A stretch of DNA of 61,086 nucleotides from Candidatus Adiutrix sp. (GTDB lineage Bacteria > Desulfobacterota > Desulfarculia > Adiutricales > Adiutricaceae), in the NCBI GenBank assembly GCA_031261565.1, contig JAISJK010000068.1:1-61086 (forward strand), written 5' to 3'. This document shows, one piece after another, positions 33,964-43,322 of the stretch. Position 1 is the stretch's first letter. Each line of letters begins with the position of its first letter. The position numbers and the translations under genes were made by a program. A model generated the notes under the pieces. It worked only from the letters and a program-made list of their open reading frames with translations. It was not told the DNA's origin and made no database searches.

Positions 33964-35550
33964 AATCGTGTCGTGTTTGAAATTGAGATCGTCCCGGTTG
34001 GGCCAATCCAGATTGTAGTGGAGGCCGCGGCTCTCTCGCCGGGTGCGGGCGCTGCGGATGATGATGTCAGCCACCTGGGCGATATTGCGCACTTCAATTA
34101 GATCAGCCCCCACCTCATGGCCGGTAAAAAATTCCTCAATCTCGGCCTTGACCAGGGCCAGACGATCCGCCGCCATTTTCAGCCGGTAGTCCGAGCGGAC
34201 AATCCCCACGTAATTCCACATAAAGCGCCTGATTTCATCCCAACTGTGGGCAATGACCACCGCCTCCTTGGGCGTCCGGCCCAGACGGCCGTTGGGCCAG
34301 GCCAGATCCTGGCTCAGCCGGGCCGACCGGGCGGCCGGCTGATTGGCGATCTCGGCCCGGCCGGCCCGGGCCGCCTGGTCGGCCATGACCAGGGCCTCCA
34401 GCAGACTGTTGGAAGCCAGGCGGTTGGCCCCGTGGAGGCCGGTGGCGGCCACCTCGCCGATGGCGTAGAGGCTCTGGATATTAGTGCGGCCGTCCAGATC
34501 CACCAGGAGGCCGCCGCACTGATAATGGGCGGCCGGCACCACCGGGATGGGCTGGGCGGTCATGTCAATGCCCAGGGCCAGACAGGTGCTGTAAATTTTG
34601 GGGAAGCGATCCCGGATAAAAGCCGGATCCTTGTGGGTGATGTCCAGAAAGACGCACTCAGCCCCGCTTTTTTTCATCTCGGCGTCAATGGCCCGGGCCA
34701 CGATGTCCCTAAAGGCCAGATCACCCAGGGGGTGGTAATTTTTCATGAAGGGCTGGCCGTTTTTATCCACCAGGATGGCCCCCTCCCCGCGCACGGCCTC
34801 GGAGATGAGAAAATTGCGGGCCGCCGGGTGATAGAGACAGGTGGGGTGGAACTGGATGAATTCCATATTGGCCGCCCGGGCCCCGGCCCGGAAGCCCATG
34901 GCCAGGCCATCGCCCGTGGCCCCATCGGGGTTGCTGGTGTAAAGATAGACCTTGCCCGAGCCCCCGGTGGCCAGCACCACAATGCGGGCCCCAAAGGTCG
35001 CCACCCGCTCTTTTTCAATATCCAGCACATAGGCCCCGATGGCGGCCGGGAGGCCATGGCGGTCTTCAGCAATAATATCCAGGGCCTGAAAATGCTCGTA
35101 GACGGTGATGTTGGGCTCGGAGAGGGCCTTTTCGATCAATGATTTCTGCATGGCCTGGCCGGTCATGTCCTTGGCGTGAATGATCCGGCGGCGGCTGTGG
35201 CCGCCCTCCTGGCCCAGCTCCGGCCGGTCGGGATGATCGACGCTGGCCGAGAAAGGCACCCCCATGTCTATCAGCTCCCGCACCAGACGCGGGCCGTTCT
35301 CCACCACCACCTGGACTGTTTCCGGGTGGCACAGGCCCACCCCGGATTCGAGGGTATCCTTAATGTGATATTCCACCAGATCGTCATCGCCCAGCACGGC
35401 GGCTATGCCGCCCTGGGCCAGATTGGTATTGGTTTCGTCAATGGCCCGCTTGCAGATGACGTTGACGGTGCCGTGCCGGGCGGCTTTTAGAGCAAAACTC
35501 AGGCCGGCCACGCCCGTGCCGATGACCAGATAGTCGGAAATGATCAACAT
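33949..35550 (-). CDS. nadB: L-aspartate oxidase
   Basis: GTGVAG, AQGGIA, EGGHSRRRI, QFHPT, PAAHY, HGANRLASNSLLE and ESRGLH. Confidence 0.95.
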   Translation of the reverse strand: MLIISDYLVIGTGVAGLSFALKAARHGTVNVICKRAIDETNTNLAQGGIAAVLGDDDLVEYHIKDTLESGVGLCHPETVQVVVENGPRLVRELIDMGVPFSASVDHPDRPELGQEGGHSRRRIIHAKDMTGQAMQKSLIEKALSEPNITVYEHFQALDIIAEDRHGLPAAIGAYVLDIEKERVATFGARIVVLATGGSGKVYLYTSNPDGATGDGLAMGFRAGARAANMEFIQFHPTCLYHPAARNFLISEAVRGEGAILVDKNGQPFMKNYHPLGDLAFRDIVARAIDAEMKKSGAECVFLDITHKDPAFIRDRFPKIYSTCLALGIDMTAQPIPVVPAAHYQCGGLLVDLDGRTNIQSLYAIGEVAATGLHGANRLASNSLLEALVMADQAARAGRAEIANQPAARSARLSQDLAWPNGRLGRTPKEAVVIAHSWDEIRRFMWNYVGIVRSDYRLKMAADRLALVKAEIEEFFTGHEVGADLIEVRNIAQVADIIIRSARTRRESRGLHYNLDWPNRDDLNFKHDTILAEA

Positions 35551-35618
35551 GGTCAATCCTCATTTATGGCAATGATGCTGAAAGAATCATTCTACAACTT
35601 AGTCGCCGGTTTGGCAAC

Positions 35619-36788
35619 CTAATGGCGTAAGTCCGAGGGCGGGGGCACGGGGGGCCCGACAGTGGAAAGATCGGGGGCGGCCGCCTTTTCCATGGTGGTG
35701 TCAATCAGCATCCGCTCCACCTCGCCCGGGGAGCGGGGCGGGGGGCTGGCGGCCGGGGGCCGGGCCGGAGCGGGGCGCGGGCGGGGCAGGGGTCGGGCCG
35801 CCCCGGGGCTGCCGGAAGCGGCCGCCCGGGGCGGGAGGGCGGTTTCATCATCCCAGATCATGATGCTGACCCGGCGGTTGATGGGGTCATTGGGGTTCTT
35901 TTCATCCAGAGGCTGGGTGGCGGCGTAGCCGGTGACTGCGGTCAGGCGGGAGTCAGCCACGCCCTGGGAGGCCAGATACAGGCGGACGGCCGAGGCCCGG
36001 GCCGTGGAAAGCTCCCAGTTGGTCATGCGCTGGCCGGCAAACTGCAAGGCGTCGGTGTGGCCCTCAATGGAAATTTTATTGGGCAGACGGGCCAGGCGAT
36101 CACTGACCACCTTCAGGATGGCTTTAGCCGTGGGGGTCAGGGCCGGCCCGCCGGAGCTGAACATGGGCGCCCCGTCTTTATCCACTATCTGAATGCGCAG
36201 GCCACCCTTGGCCCTTTCCACCAGCACCTGGCCGGAGGCTTCTTCGCCCAGGCTCTCCTGTATTTCCGCATGGAGGTTGTCCGAAAACTGCTGCTGGCCG
36301 GGGGTCAGCGAACCATCGGCCAGCCCCGGGCCAGTGTCGCCGCTGCCCTCGCCGCCATCCACCCCGGCCGGGAGGCTGTTTAAATTCTGCAAAAAATCCT
36401 GGGTCAGGGCCAGGAGAGCGGCCATCTGGCCATCGGAGGCTTCCTCCTCCTGGGGCTCGGCCTCGGTCTTCACTTTGGCGTCGCCGGCGGTCATGGGCCG
36501 GAAACAGCCGCCATCCAAAACGCTGGGGCCCTTGGAGCCGCCCTCGGTGAAGGCCGAGGGCAGGCCGCCGTTAAAGACTGCGTCCTGCAGGGTCAGCTCG
36601 TTAAAATAATCGGCCAGGGCCGCCCGGCCCTGCTCCGAGGAAATGGCCAGGAGCCACATCACCAGAAAAAAGGCCATCATGGCGGTGACAAAGTCAGCGT
36701 AGGCCACTTTCCAACTGCCGCCGTGGTGCCCGCCATGACCCTTTTTAATGATCTTCTTGATGATGGGCGGTTTTTTATCGGCGCTCAT
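35619..36788 (-). CDS. motB: flagellar stator MotB
   Basis: GGSWKVAYADFVTAMMAFF; OmpA-like EGHTD, NWELS.ARA and NRRV; Pro-rich tail. Confidence 0.93.
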   Translation of the reverse strand: MSADKKPPIIKKIIKKGHGGHHGGSWKVAYADFVTAMMAFFLVMWLLAISSEQGRAALADYFNELTLQDAVFNGGLPSAFTEGGSKGPSVLDGGCFRPMTAGDAKVKTEAEPQEEEASDGQMAALLALTQDFLQNLNSLPAGVDGGEGSGDTGPGLADGSLTPGQQQFSDNLHAEIQESLGEEASGQVLVERAKGGLRIQIVDKDGAPMFSSGGPALTPTAKAILKVVSDRLARLPNKISIEGHTDALQFAGQRMTNWELSTARASAVRLYLASQGVADSRLTAVTGYAATQPLDEKNPNDPINRRVSIMIWDDETALPPRAAASGSPGAARPLPRPRPAPARPPAASPPPRSPGEVERMLIDTTMEKAAAPDLSTVGPPVPPPSDLRH

Positions 36789-36791
36789 ATT

Positions 36792-37646
36792 TTATTTCTT
36801 GACCGACTTGAGCAACTCTTCCAGCTCTTCATAGCCGGGCCGGCAGTTAGTGGGAATGGCCCGCCGGGCAAACTCAATGGCCAGAATCGGCGGCATGCCT
36901 TTGGCAAAGGCGGCCAGCACGGATTTGGAGACCTTTAAAATATTGTTGAAGTCATCGGCCTGGTTTTCCAGAGCTTTGGCCATGGGGGCCATATAGCCGT
37001 AACTGAGAAGCAGGCCCAGGAAGGTGCCGCAGAGAGCCGCGCCCACGCTGGCCCCCAGCACTTCGGGCGGCTCTTTCATCAGGCCCATGGTGGTGACGAT
37101 ACCCAGCACGGCGGCCACGATGCCCAGGCCCGGGAGGGAGTCGGAGACCGTGGTCATGGCCGAGGGCACCAGGCCGCCGTGGTGCTCGTGGACATCGGTG
37201 TCAATATCCATCAGGTTTTCAAACTCGTGGGGCTCGATATTGCCGCTGACAAAGACCTTGAGGTTGTCGGCCAGAAACTCCTTTAAGTGGTGATTTTTGA
37301 GAATGGAGGGGTATTTGCCGAAAATAGCCGAGCTGTCGGGCTTGTTGGCGTGCTCTTCCAGGGCCAGCATACCTTCCCGGCGGGCGATGGACAGAAACTC
37401 AAACATGAGGAGCAGCACATCGACATACTGCTCTTTTTTGTATTCCTTGCCGGTGAAAACTTTGGGGAGCTGGGAGAAAGTCTCTTTGATCAGAGACATG
37501 GGGTTGGCCATGAGAAAGGAGCCAAAGGCCGCGCCGCAGATGATGACCACTTCGTTGGGTTGCCAGAGCAGCGCGATGACGCCGTGGTGCATGGTGTAGC
37601 CGACCAGAACGCAGGTGATGACGAGAATAAAACCAACTGGCGCCAT
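36792..37646 (-). CDS. motA: flagellar stator MotA
   Basis: ARREGMLALEE, LPGLGIVAAVLG, GAALCGTFLG and EFARR. Confidence 0.93.
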   Translation of the reverse strand: MAPVGFILVITCVLVGYTMHHGVIALLWQPNEVVIICGAAFGSFLMANPMSLIKETFSQLPKVFTGKEYKKEQYVDVLLLMFEFLSIARREGMLALEEHANKPDSSAIFGKYPSILKNHHLKEFLADNLKVFVSGNIEPHEFENLMDIDTDVHEHHGGLVPSAMTTVSDSLPGLGIVAAVLGIVTTMGLMKEPPEVLGASVGAALCGTFLGLLLSYGYMAPMAKALENQADDFNNILKVSKSVLAAFAKGMPPILAIEFARRAIPTNCRPGYEELEELLKSVKK

Positions 37647-37729
37647 ATTTGAACTCCAACTTTAACGAAAGCTATAACTCCGGACTAGACTAATCGGCAT
37701 AATCGCCGCCCAAGTAAAATATTAAGGTC

Positions 37730-38173
37730 TCATTTGATGTTTAAACGGATATTCTCGGCGACAAAGGGCAGTTTGGTCAGATCGGCCGCCCGCCCGGGCG
37801 GGAAGGGAAACTCTTTTTTATCGCGGCGGGGGATGACGTGCAGGTGCCAGTGATCCACCGCCTGGCCGGCTGCGGCCCCGTTATTTTGCAAAAGATTAAA
37901 GGCCTCCACCCCCAGCCCGGCCATGGCCGCCGCCGCAAGGCGCTGGGCCAGGGGCAGGGCCCTGACCAGCACCGCCTCGGGCACCTCGCCCAGAACCGGG
38001 TAATGGGCCCGGGGCACGATGAGGAAATGGCCTTCGGTCTGGGGGGTGATATCCATAAAGGCCAGGAAGACGCTGTCCTCATATATTTTGATGGACGGGA
38101 TGCGCCCGGCGGAAATCTGGCAGAAAACGCAACCTTCCACGGGCTGGCCACTCTGATGCGGGGCTGGGCTCAT
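37730..38173 (-). CDS. HIT family hydrolase
   Basis: CVFC, GHFLIVP and AGQAVDHWHLHVIPR. Confidence 0.93.
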   Translation of the reverse strand: MSPAPHQSGQPVEGCVFCQISAGRIPSIKIYEDSVFLAFMDITPQTEGHFLIVPRAHYPVLGEVPEAVLVRALPLAQRLAAAAMAGLGVEAFNLLQNNGAAAGQAVDHWHLHVIPRRDKKEFPFPPGRAADLTKLPFVAENIRLNIK

Positions 38174-38253
38174 AACCTCTGGCCTCCTCCTGCTTCGGCA
38201 AAATTTTGAACTAGTTGATTATACACCGCCAAAGGCTCAAAATCAATGGGGCC

Positions 38254-38300
38254 TTGACCTGAGCGATGCCTCCGGTATATAATAAATGACATTGTTATTT
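38254..38300 (+). promoter_or_regulatory. cydAB promoter with an overlapping inverted-repeat operator
   Basis: TTGACC, N18, TATAAT; AAATGACA-T-TGTTATTT palindrome at 38284-38300. Confidence 0.6.
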
Positions 38301-38328
38301 GATCTTAAACTGCTCCGGAGGTTTCCAT

Positions 38329-39678
38329 ATGGATCCTGTTATTTTATCCCGGCTGCAATTCGCCCTGGCCACTTTTTTTCATTTCCTGTATGTGCCCCTG
38401 ACTCTGGGGCTGGCCCCGTATATCGCCGTAATGGAAACGCGGTATGTCAAAACCGGCCAGGAAATTTACAAAGCCCAGGCCAAATTCTGGGGCCGGATTT
38501 TTCTCATCAATTTCGCGCTGGGGGTGGTCACCGGCATCACCCTTGAGTTTCAGTTCGGCACCAACTGGGCCGAATATTCCAAGGGCGTGGGCGACATCTT
38601 CGGCTCCCTTTTAGCCATTGAAGCCACCATGGCCTTTTTCCTCGAATCGACCTTCATCGCCGTCTGGGCTTTCGGCTGGGACAAAGTCTCCCCCAAAACT
38701 CACCTGACCGCCATCTGGCTGGTGGCCGGGGCCGGCCTGATCAGCGCCCTGTGGATCCTCCTGGCCAACGGCTTTATGCAAAACCCGGTGGGCTATCAGG
38801 TGGAGGGGCCTCTGACGGCCAATGGCGAGCTGGCGGCTGGCAGCCGTCTGGTGCTGGACAGCTTCACCGCTGTCCTGACCAACCCTTACGGCTGGGCCAT
38901 GTATGCCCACACCGTCCTGGGGGCTCTGACCCTGTGCGGTTTCCTGGTGATGGGCGTTTCGGCCTGGCACCTCTTCCTGCGTAAAAATGTGGAGTTTTTC
39001 CACACCTCCTTTAAGTTAGGCCTGTGTTTCGCCCTGACTTTTTCCATTCTTTCGGCCCTGGCCGGCCACCAGCTGGGCCAGATCACGGCCAAATACCAGC
39101 CGGCCAAGCTGGCGGCCATGGAATCCCAGTGGGAGACCAGGCAGCCGGCCCCCATGCATATTCTGGTTATTCCACCTCTGGACGACAGCGAGGAAAACCT
39201 GGTGGAGGCCCTGCCCCTGCCCGGCGTTTTAAGCTTCATGGCCACCAACCATTTTGACTCGGAAGTCAAGGGCCTGAAGGCCTTTAAACCGGAAGACCGC
39301 CCGCCGGTCTGGCCGGTCTATCTCAGCTTCCGGCTGATGGTGGGTCTGGGCACCCTGTTTATTCTGGCGGCCCTCCTGGCCACGGCCTTCCGCCACCGCA
39401 TTCCCGAGCTGAAATACTCCCTGCTCCTGTTCGTCCTCATGATCCCCCTGCCCTACCTGGCCCTGGAGCTGGGCTGGACAGTGACGGAAGTGGGCCGGCA
39501 GCCCTGGGTGGTTTATGATTTGCTGCGCACTTCCCTGGCCGGCAGCCCGGTGGACTGGTATCAGATAGCCGCTTCCCTGGCGGTCATGGCCGGGGTTTAC
39601 ACCCTCTTGACCATCCTCGGCTTTTACCTGATGGGCAAGGCCGCTTTAAGAGACCCGGCCCCCTGGGCGGCCAAGTGA
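38329..39678 (+). CDS. cydA: cytochrome bd ubiquinol oxidase subunit I
   Basis: SRLQFA..FHFLYVP, EFQFGTNW, QPAKLAAME and EVGRQPW; GGAGG RBS before ATG 38329. Confidence 0.95.
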   Translation: MDPVILSRLQFALATFFHFLYVPLTLGLAPYIAVMETRYVKTGQEIYKAQAKFWGRIFLINFALGVVTGITLEFQFGTNWAEYSKGVGDIFGSLLAIEATMAFFLESTFIAVWAFGWDKVSPKTHLTAIWLVAGAGLISALWILLANGFMQNPVGYQVEGPLTANGELAAGSRLVLDSFTAVLTNPYGWAMYAHTVLGALTLCGFLVMGVSAWHLFLRKNVEFFHTSFKLGLCFALTFSILSALAGHQLGQITAKYQPAKLAAMESQWETRQPAPMHILVIPPLDDSEENLVEALPLPGVLSFMATNHFDSEVKGLKAFKPEDRPPVWPVYLSFRLMVGLGTLFILAALLATAFRHRIPELKYSLLLFVLMIPLPYLALELGWTVTEVGRQPWVVYDLLRTSLAGSPVDWYQIAASLAVMAGVYTLLTILGFYLMGKAALRDPAPWAAK

Positions 39679-39694
39679 GAAAGGGAGAGAGACC

Positions 39695-40717
39695 ATGGAA
39701 TATTTAGGCGACATCTGGTTTGTTCTCTGGGCGGTCTTGTGGGGCATCTACTTCGCCCTGGACGGCTATGACTTCGGCATCAGCATGCTGGTGCCGGCCC
39801 TGGGCCTGGGCACGGAAAAAGAGCGCGACACCATGCACCTGGTGACCGGCCCCTTCTGGGACGGCAACGAGGCCTGGCTGATCGCCGCCGGCGGAGTGAC
39901 TTTCGCCGCTTTCCCCACGGCTTACGCCGTCCTCTTCGCCAGCCTCTACACCCCGCTGATGCTGCTCCTTCTGGCTCTCATCCTGCGCGGGATAGCGGCT
40001 GAATTTCGCCATCAACTGGCTGACCGGCAGTGGAGCCGGTTTTGGGACTGGGTCTCGGCCGGCAGCAGTTTTCTGGCCGCCCTGCTCCTGGGCGTAGCCT
40101 TTTCCAACCTCTTTCGGGGGCTGCCCCTGGATGGCGACAGCCTCTTTCAGGGCAACATTCTGAATCTCCTGCACCCCTACGCCCTCCTGGGCGGCCTCCT
40201 CTTTGTGCTTATGTTTGTGGTGCACGGTGCCATCTATCTGGCCAGCCGGGTCACCGGCGACCTGGAAAAGAAAGCCAGGCTGGCGGCCAAAGCGGCCTGG
40301 CCCCTGTTTTTCCTGAGCTTTCTGCTCTATGTGGTGCTGACCTTTTTCTGGGCCGGGCTGTCTAAAAACTATTTTGAGGCCCCCCTCCTCCTGGGTCTGC
40401 CGGTGGCCTGCCTGGTGGCTTTCGTGGCTTCGGGCCATTATCTCTACCGCAGCGGCGGCAACTTCCCGGCTGCCTTCCGCTACAGCGGCCTGGGCATTAT
40501 CCTCCTGGCTCTAACCGGGGTGATGGGCATGTATCCCAACCTCATCCCCTCCCGGCTGGATCCTCTCGGAGCCCTGACCATCCAGAACTCGGCCTCCACC
40601 CCCAAAACCCTCCTGATTATGCTGGTGGTGGCCCTCATTTTTGTGCCGCTGGTCATCGCCTACCAGTGGTGGTCTCACCGGAAACTGACCCCGGAGAAGC
40701 TGAACCCTGAATACTGA
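39695..40717 (+). CDS. cydB: cytochrome bd ubiquinol oxidase subunit II
   Basis: LDGYDFG, GPFWDGNEAW and LRGIAAEFR. Confidence 0.95.
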   Translation: MEYLGDIWFVLWAVLWGIYFALDGYDFGISMLVPALGLGTEKERDTMHLVTGPFWDGNEAWLIAAGGVTFAAFPTAYAVLFASLYTPLMLLLLALILRGIAAEFRHQLADRQWSRFWDWVSAGSSFLAALLLGVAFSNLFRGLPLDGDSLFQGNILNLLHPYALLGGLLFVLMFVVHGAIYLASRVTGDLEKKARLAAKAAWPLFFLSFLLYVVLTFFWAGLSKNYFEAPLLLGLPVACLVAFVASGHYLYRSGGNFPAAFRYSGLGIILLALTGVMGMYPNLIPSRLDPLGALTIQNSASTPKTLLIMLVVALIFVPLVIAYQWWSHRKLTPEKLNPEY

Positions 40718-40734
40718 GTGAGGGTCTAACCCCC

Positions 40735-40769
40735 AAAGCCCGGCCCACTGAGGCCGGGCTTTTTTTATT
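40735..40769 (+). terminator. intrinsic terminator after cydB
   Basis: AAAGCCCGGCC, loop, GGCCGGGC followed by a T7 tract. Confidence 0.85.
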
Positions 40770-40965
40770 CCTTTATTTTCCAGCCGTCTTCTGTTATAAT
40801 CCGCCTATCCACACAGACCTTTCTGACCGCCTCCTGGCGCTTTGACGCTCAAGCGGGTTTGAGACTTTCGGCGTCTGAGAAATCCGGCCGTCCGGCTCCA
40901 GCCTTAAGAAGCACCCGGCGGGCCAGAGTCAGGTGTGGCACAACCTATCCTTTTAAGGAGTCTAT

Positions 40966-41574
40966 ATGGAACGGGAACCGAAAAAATTCTCATCCCCGGA
41001 ACCCATCAAGGCCAGCGACAGCGACGCCAAATTCCCCAAAGAAGTGGCCAAACTCGCCGGCACTGATCTGAACGCCTGCCTGACCTGCATGAGCTGCTCG
41101 GGCGGCTGCCCCATGTATCAGTACATGGATTACGGCCCCCACGGCATTATGCGCCTGGTGGTTCTGGGGCTCAAGAAAGAGGCTTTGACCTCCAACACTA
41201 TCTGGCGCTGTCTGGGTTGCCACACCTGCGCCGCTGTCTGTCCCATGGCCATCAACATCGCCTCGGTCATGGATTACCTGCGCCAGGAGTGTCTGGCTGA
41301 AAAACTGCCGGTGGGCGACAAGCCCCTCTGGGAATTTCACCGCTGCATGATGAATACCATCAACCGCCACGGCCGGGTTCACAAGCTGGAGCTGATGGTT
41401 GAGCACAAGATCCGCAATCTGGGCCAGGGCCCCCAGGCCTGGTTGCAGGATGGCCCGCTGGGCACTAAAATGCTCCTGATGGGTAAGCTTCACCTGCTGG
41501 CTTCAAACGTCATGAGCACCGGGAAGGCCCAGGTTCGCAAGATCCTGGCCGCCGCGCCCTGGAAAAATTATTGA
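40966..41574 (+). CDS. hdrC: heterodisulfide reductase subunit C-like 2[4Fe-4S] protein
   Basis: CLTCMSCSGGCP and IWRCLGCHTCAAVCP. Confidence 0.85.
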   Translation: MEREPKKFSSPEPIKASDSDAKFPKEVAKLAGTDLNACLTCMSCSGGCPMYQYMDYGPHGIMRLVVLGLKKEALTSNTIWRCLGCHTCAAVCPMAINIASVMDYLRQECLAEKLPVGDKPLWEFHRCMMNTINRHGRVHKLELMVEHKIRNLGQGPQAWLQDGPLGTKMLLMGKLHLLASNVMSTGKAQVRKILAAAPWKNY

Positions 41575-41593
41575 GAAAAGGAGGCTATTTATC

Positions 41594-42466
41594 ATGAGTA
41601 ATTACCTTTTGGAAGCCTCTTTTTTTCCGGGTTGCACCCTGAAGACCGGGGCGGACGAATCCCGCGAGCCCATGTACCTGGCTCTGGAAAAAATGGGGGT
41701 CAAGCTCTATGAGCTGGAAGACTGGAACTGCTGCGGTTCCTCCTCCGGTCACGCCATGGGTCACGAGGTGGCCACCTCTCTGGGGGCCCGCAACCTCTCC
41801 AAAGCGCCCCTGGGCCGGCCCATTGTCATCCCCTGCCCCAACTGTTTCCGCAATATCTCCACCGCCCGGCATCACCTGATTGAGGATCCGGCCACGCTCA
41901 AGGCCAATGAGGCCGAGTTTGGCCGCATCAATCTCACTGACCCGGTGCTCAATATTTACGACATTATCCACCATGTCTTCAACCTGGTGCGCATGGGCTC
42001 CTACACTCTGCCGGAGACCAAGCCCCTAAATGGTCTGAAGGTGGCGGTTTACTACGGTTGCGGGGCTATGTATCCCAAAGCGCTGCGGCCGGCCGGCCCG
42101 CCCCGGGACACCCTGGAGCGGATTATCCTGGAAATGGGCGGGGAACTGATCACCTGGCCCTGGCCCCACAAGTGCTGTAGCGCCTTTGCCTCGGCCGTCT
42201 ACCCCGAAATCGCCGAGGATATGGTTTCCCAGATCATCACCGGTGCCCGGGAGCAGGGTGCCGAATGCCTGGTCACCAGTTGCGCCATGTGCCAGATGAA
42301 CATTGAAATGCGCGAAATGCCCATGACCAACCATCTGCCCGTGTTGCACCTCAACCAGTTGCTGGCCCTGTTTATGGGGGTGAAGGCCAGTGAGCACGAG
42401 AAGTGGTGGAAACTCCACCTGGTTGACCCCAGGCCCCTGTTGCAGAAATACAATCTGTGGAACTGA
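41594..42466 (+). CDS. hdrB: heterodisulfide reductase subunit B-like (CCG domain) protein
   Basis: FPGC, DWNCCG, CPNC, YYGC, KCC and CAMCQMN. Confidence 0.87.
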   Translation: MSNYLLEASFFPGCTLKTGADESREPMYLALEKMGVKLYELEDWNCCGSSSGHAMGHEVATSLGARNLSKAPLGRPIVIPCPNCFRNISTARHHLIEDPATLKANEAEFGRINLTDPVLNIYDIIHHVFNLVRMGSYTLPETKPLNGLKVAVYYGCGAMYPKALRPAGPPRDTLERIILEMGGELITWPWPHKCCSAFASAVYPEIAEDMVSQIITGAREQGAECLVTSCAMCQMNIEMREMPMTNHLPVLHLNQLLALFMGVKASEHEKWWKLHLVDPRPLLQKYNLWN

Positions 42467-42468
42467 TG

Positions 42469-42507
42469 AAAAAAGAAGGCCGGAACCCCATAAAGGTTCC
42501 GGCCTTC
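42469..42507. terminator. terminator hairpin between convergent hdrB and the RRM gene
   Basis: 13-bp stem GAAGGCCGGAACC/GGTTCCGGCCTTC; the A6 tract gives a U tract for the minus strand. Confidence 0.8.
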
Positions 42508-42532
42508 CGGTCTTGAGCAATCTTTCCGGCTC

Positions 42533-42838
42533 TTAATATTCGTTGCGACGGGGACGGCGCTCGCCACGATCACCACCGCCGCCGCCACGGTCTTCGCGGC
42601 CGCGGGCTTCGTTAATCCGGAGGCTGCGGCCGCCGATTTCTTTGCCGTTCAGGGCTTCAATGGCCGCCAAAGCCGGCTCATCGTCCATTTCCACAAAGCC
42701 AAAGCCGCGGGGGCGGCCGGTTTCCCGATCATTGATCAGGTTGACCGAGTGGACGGCACCGTAAGGGGCGAACATATCGCCAACATCGTTAGAGTTAGAG
42801 CTGAAGGGCAGATTCCCAACATAAATCGTTTTCACCAT
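42533..42838 (-). CDS. RRM (RNP-1) RNA-binding protein with Gly/Arg tail
   Basis: IYVGNL (RNP2) and RGFGFVEM (RNP1). Confidence 0.95.
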   Translation of the reverse strand: MVKTIYVGNLPFSSNSNDVGDMFAPYGAVHSVNLINDRETGRPRGFGFVEMDDEPALAAIEALNGKEIGGRSLRINEARGREDRGGGGGDRGERRPRRNEY

Positions 42839-43243
42839 GAGATATATCTCCGTCGCGCAATATTACCCCGCTCAAGGCGAGGTGTCTAGTTTCCGGTCAA
42901 AGGCCGAAAGGGTCTAGTTCGTCTAGTGTTGGCTATAAATATAACCAGCCGATGGGGTCAACGAGGGACGCCGCCGGCAACACTCTATCAAAAAAGCTGA
43001 ATAAGGGAGACTTCTTAAGGAGGTCAAAATAAGAAAACGAGATCTGAGCAAAAGTCATCTGCCTGTTAAAAAGAGAAAGCGCCCTCTTTTGAATTATCAT
43101 TATCAAATTGTCGGGCTTGTGAAAAAACTCAACTTCTTTTGGTACTCTAACAGACTTTTTCGGGAAAAGCAAGATATTTTTTACTGGCCGGGTTAAATTT
43201 TTTAGGGCTTCCGGCGGCAACGGCCAACGGCGCTTTAAAAAAC

Positions 43244-43272
43244 TTGACCAATGGCGACCAGGCGGATATTAT
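43244..43272 (+). promoter_or_regulatory. promoter of the R-M operon
   Basis: TTGACC, N17, TATTAT. Confidence 0.55.
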
Positions 43273-43322
43273 CAGAAGGTAATACTTTATAAGAAATAGG
43301 CCCCAATGTTTTCAGATCAGAT

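Noticed and set aside
35619-37646. Zorya ZorAB defence system
   Set aside because: MotA has normal length with no long tail, the flagellar motifs are canonical, and there is no zorC/D/E.
42933-43220. 95-aa minus-strand ORF
   Set aside because: AT-rich intergenic region between divergent genes, with no RBS or motif.
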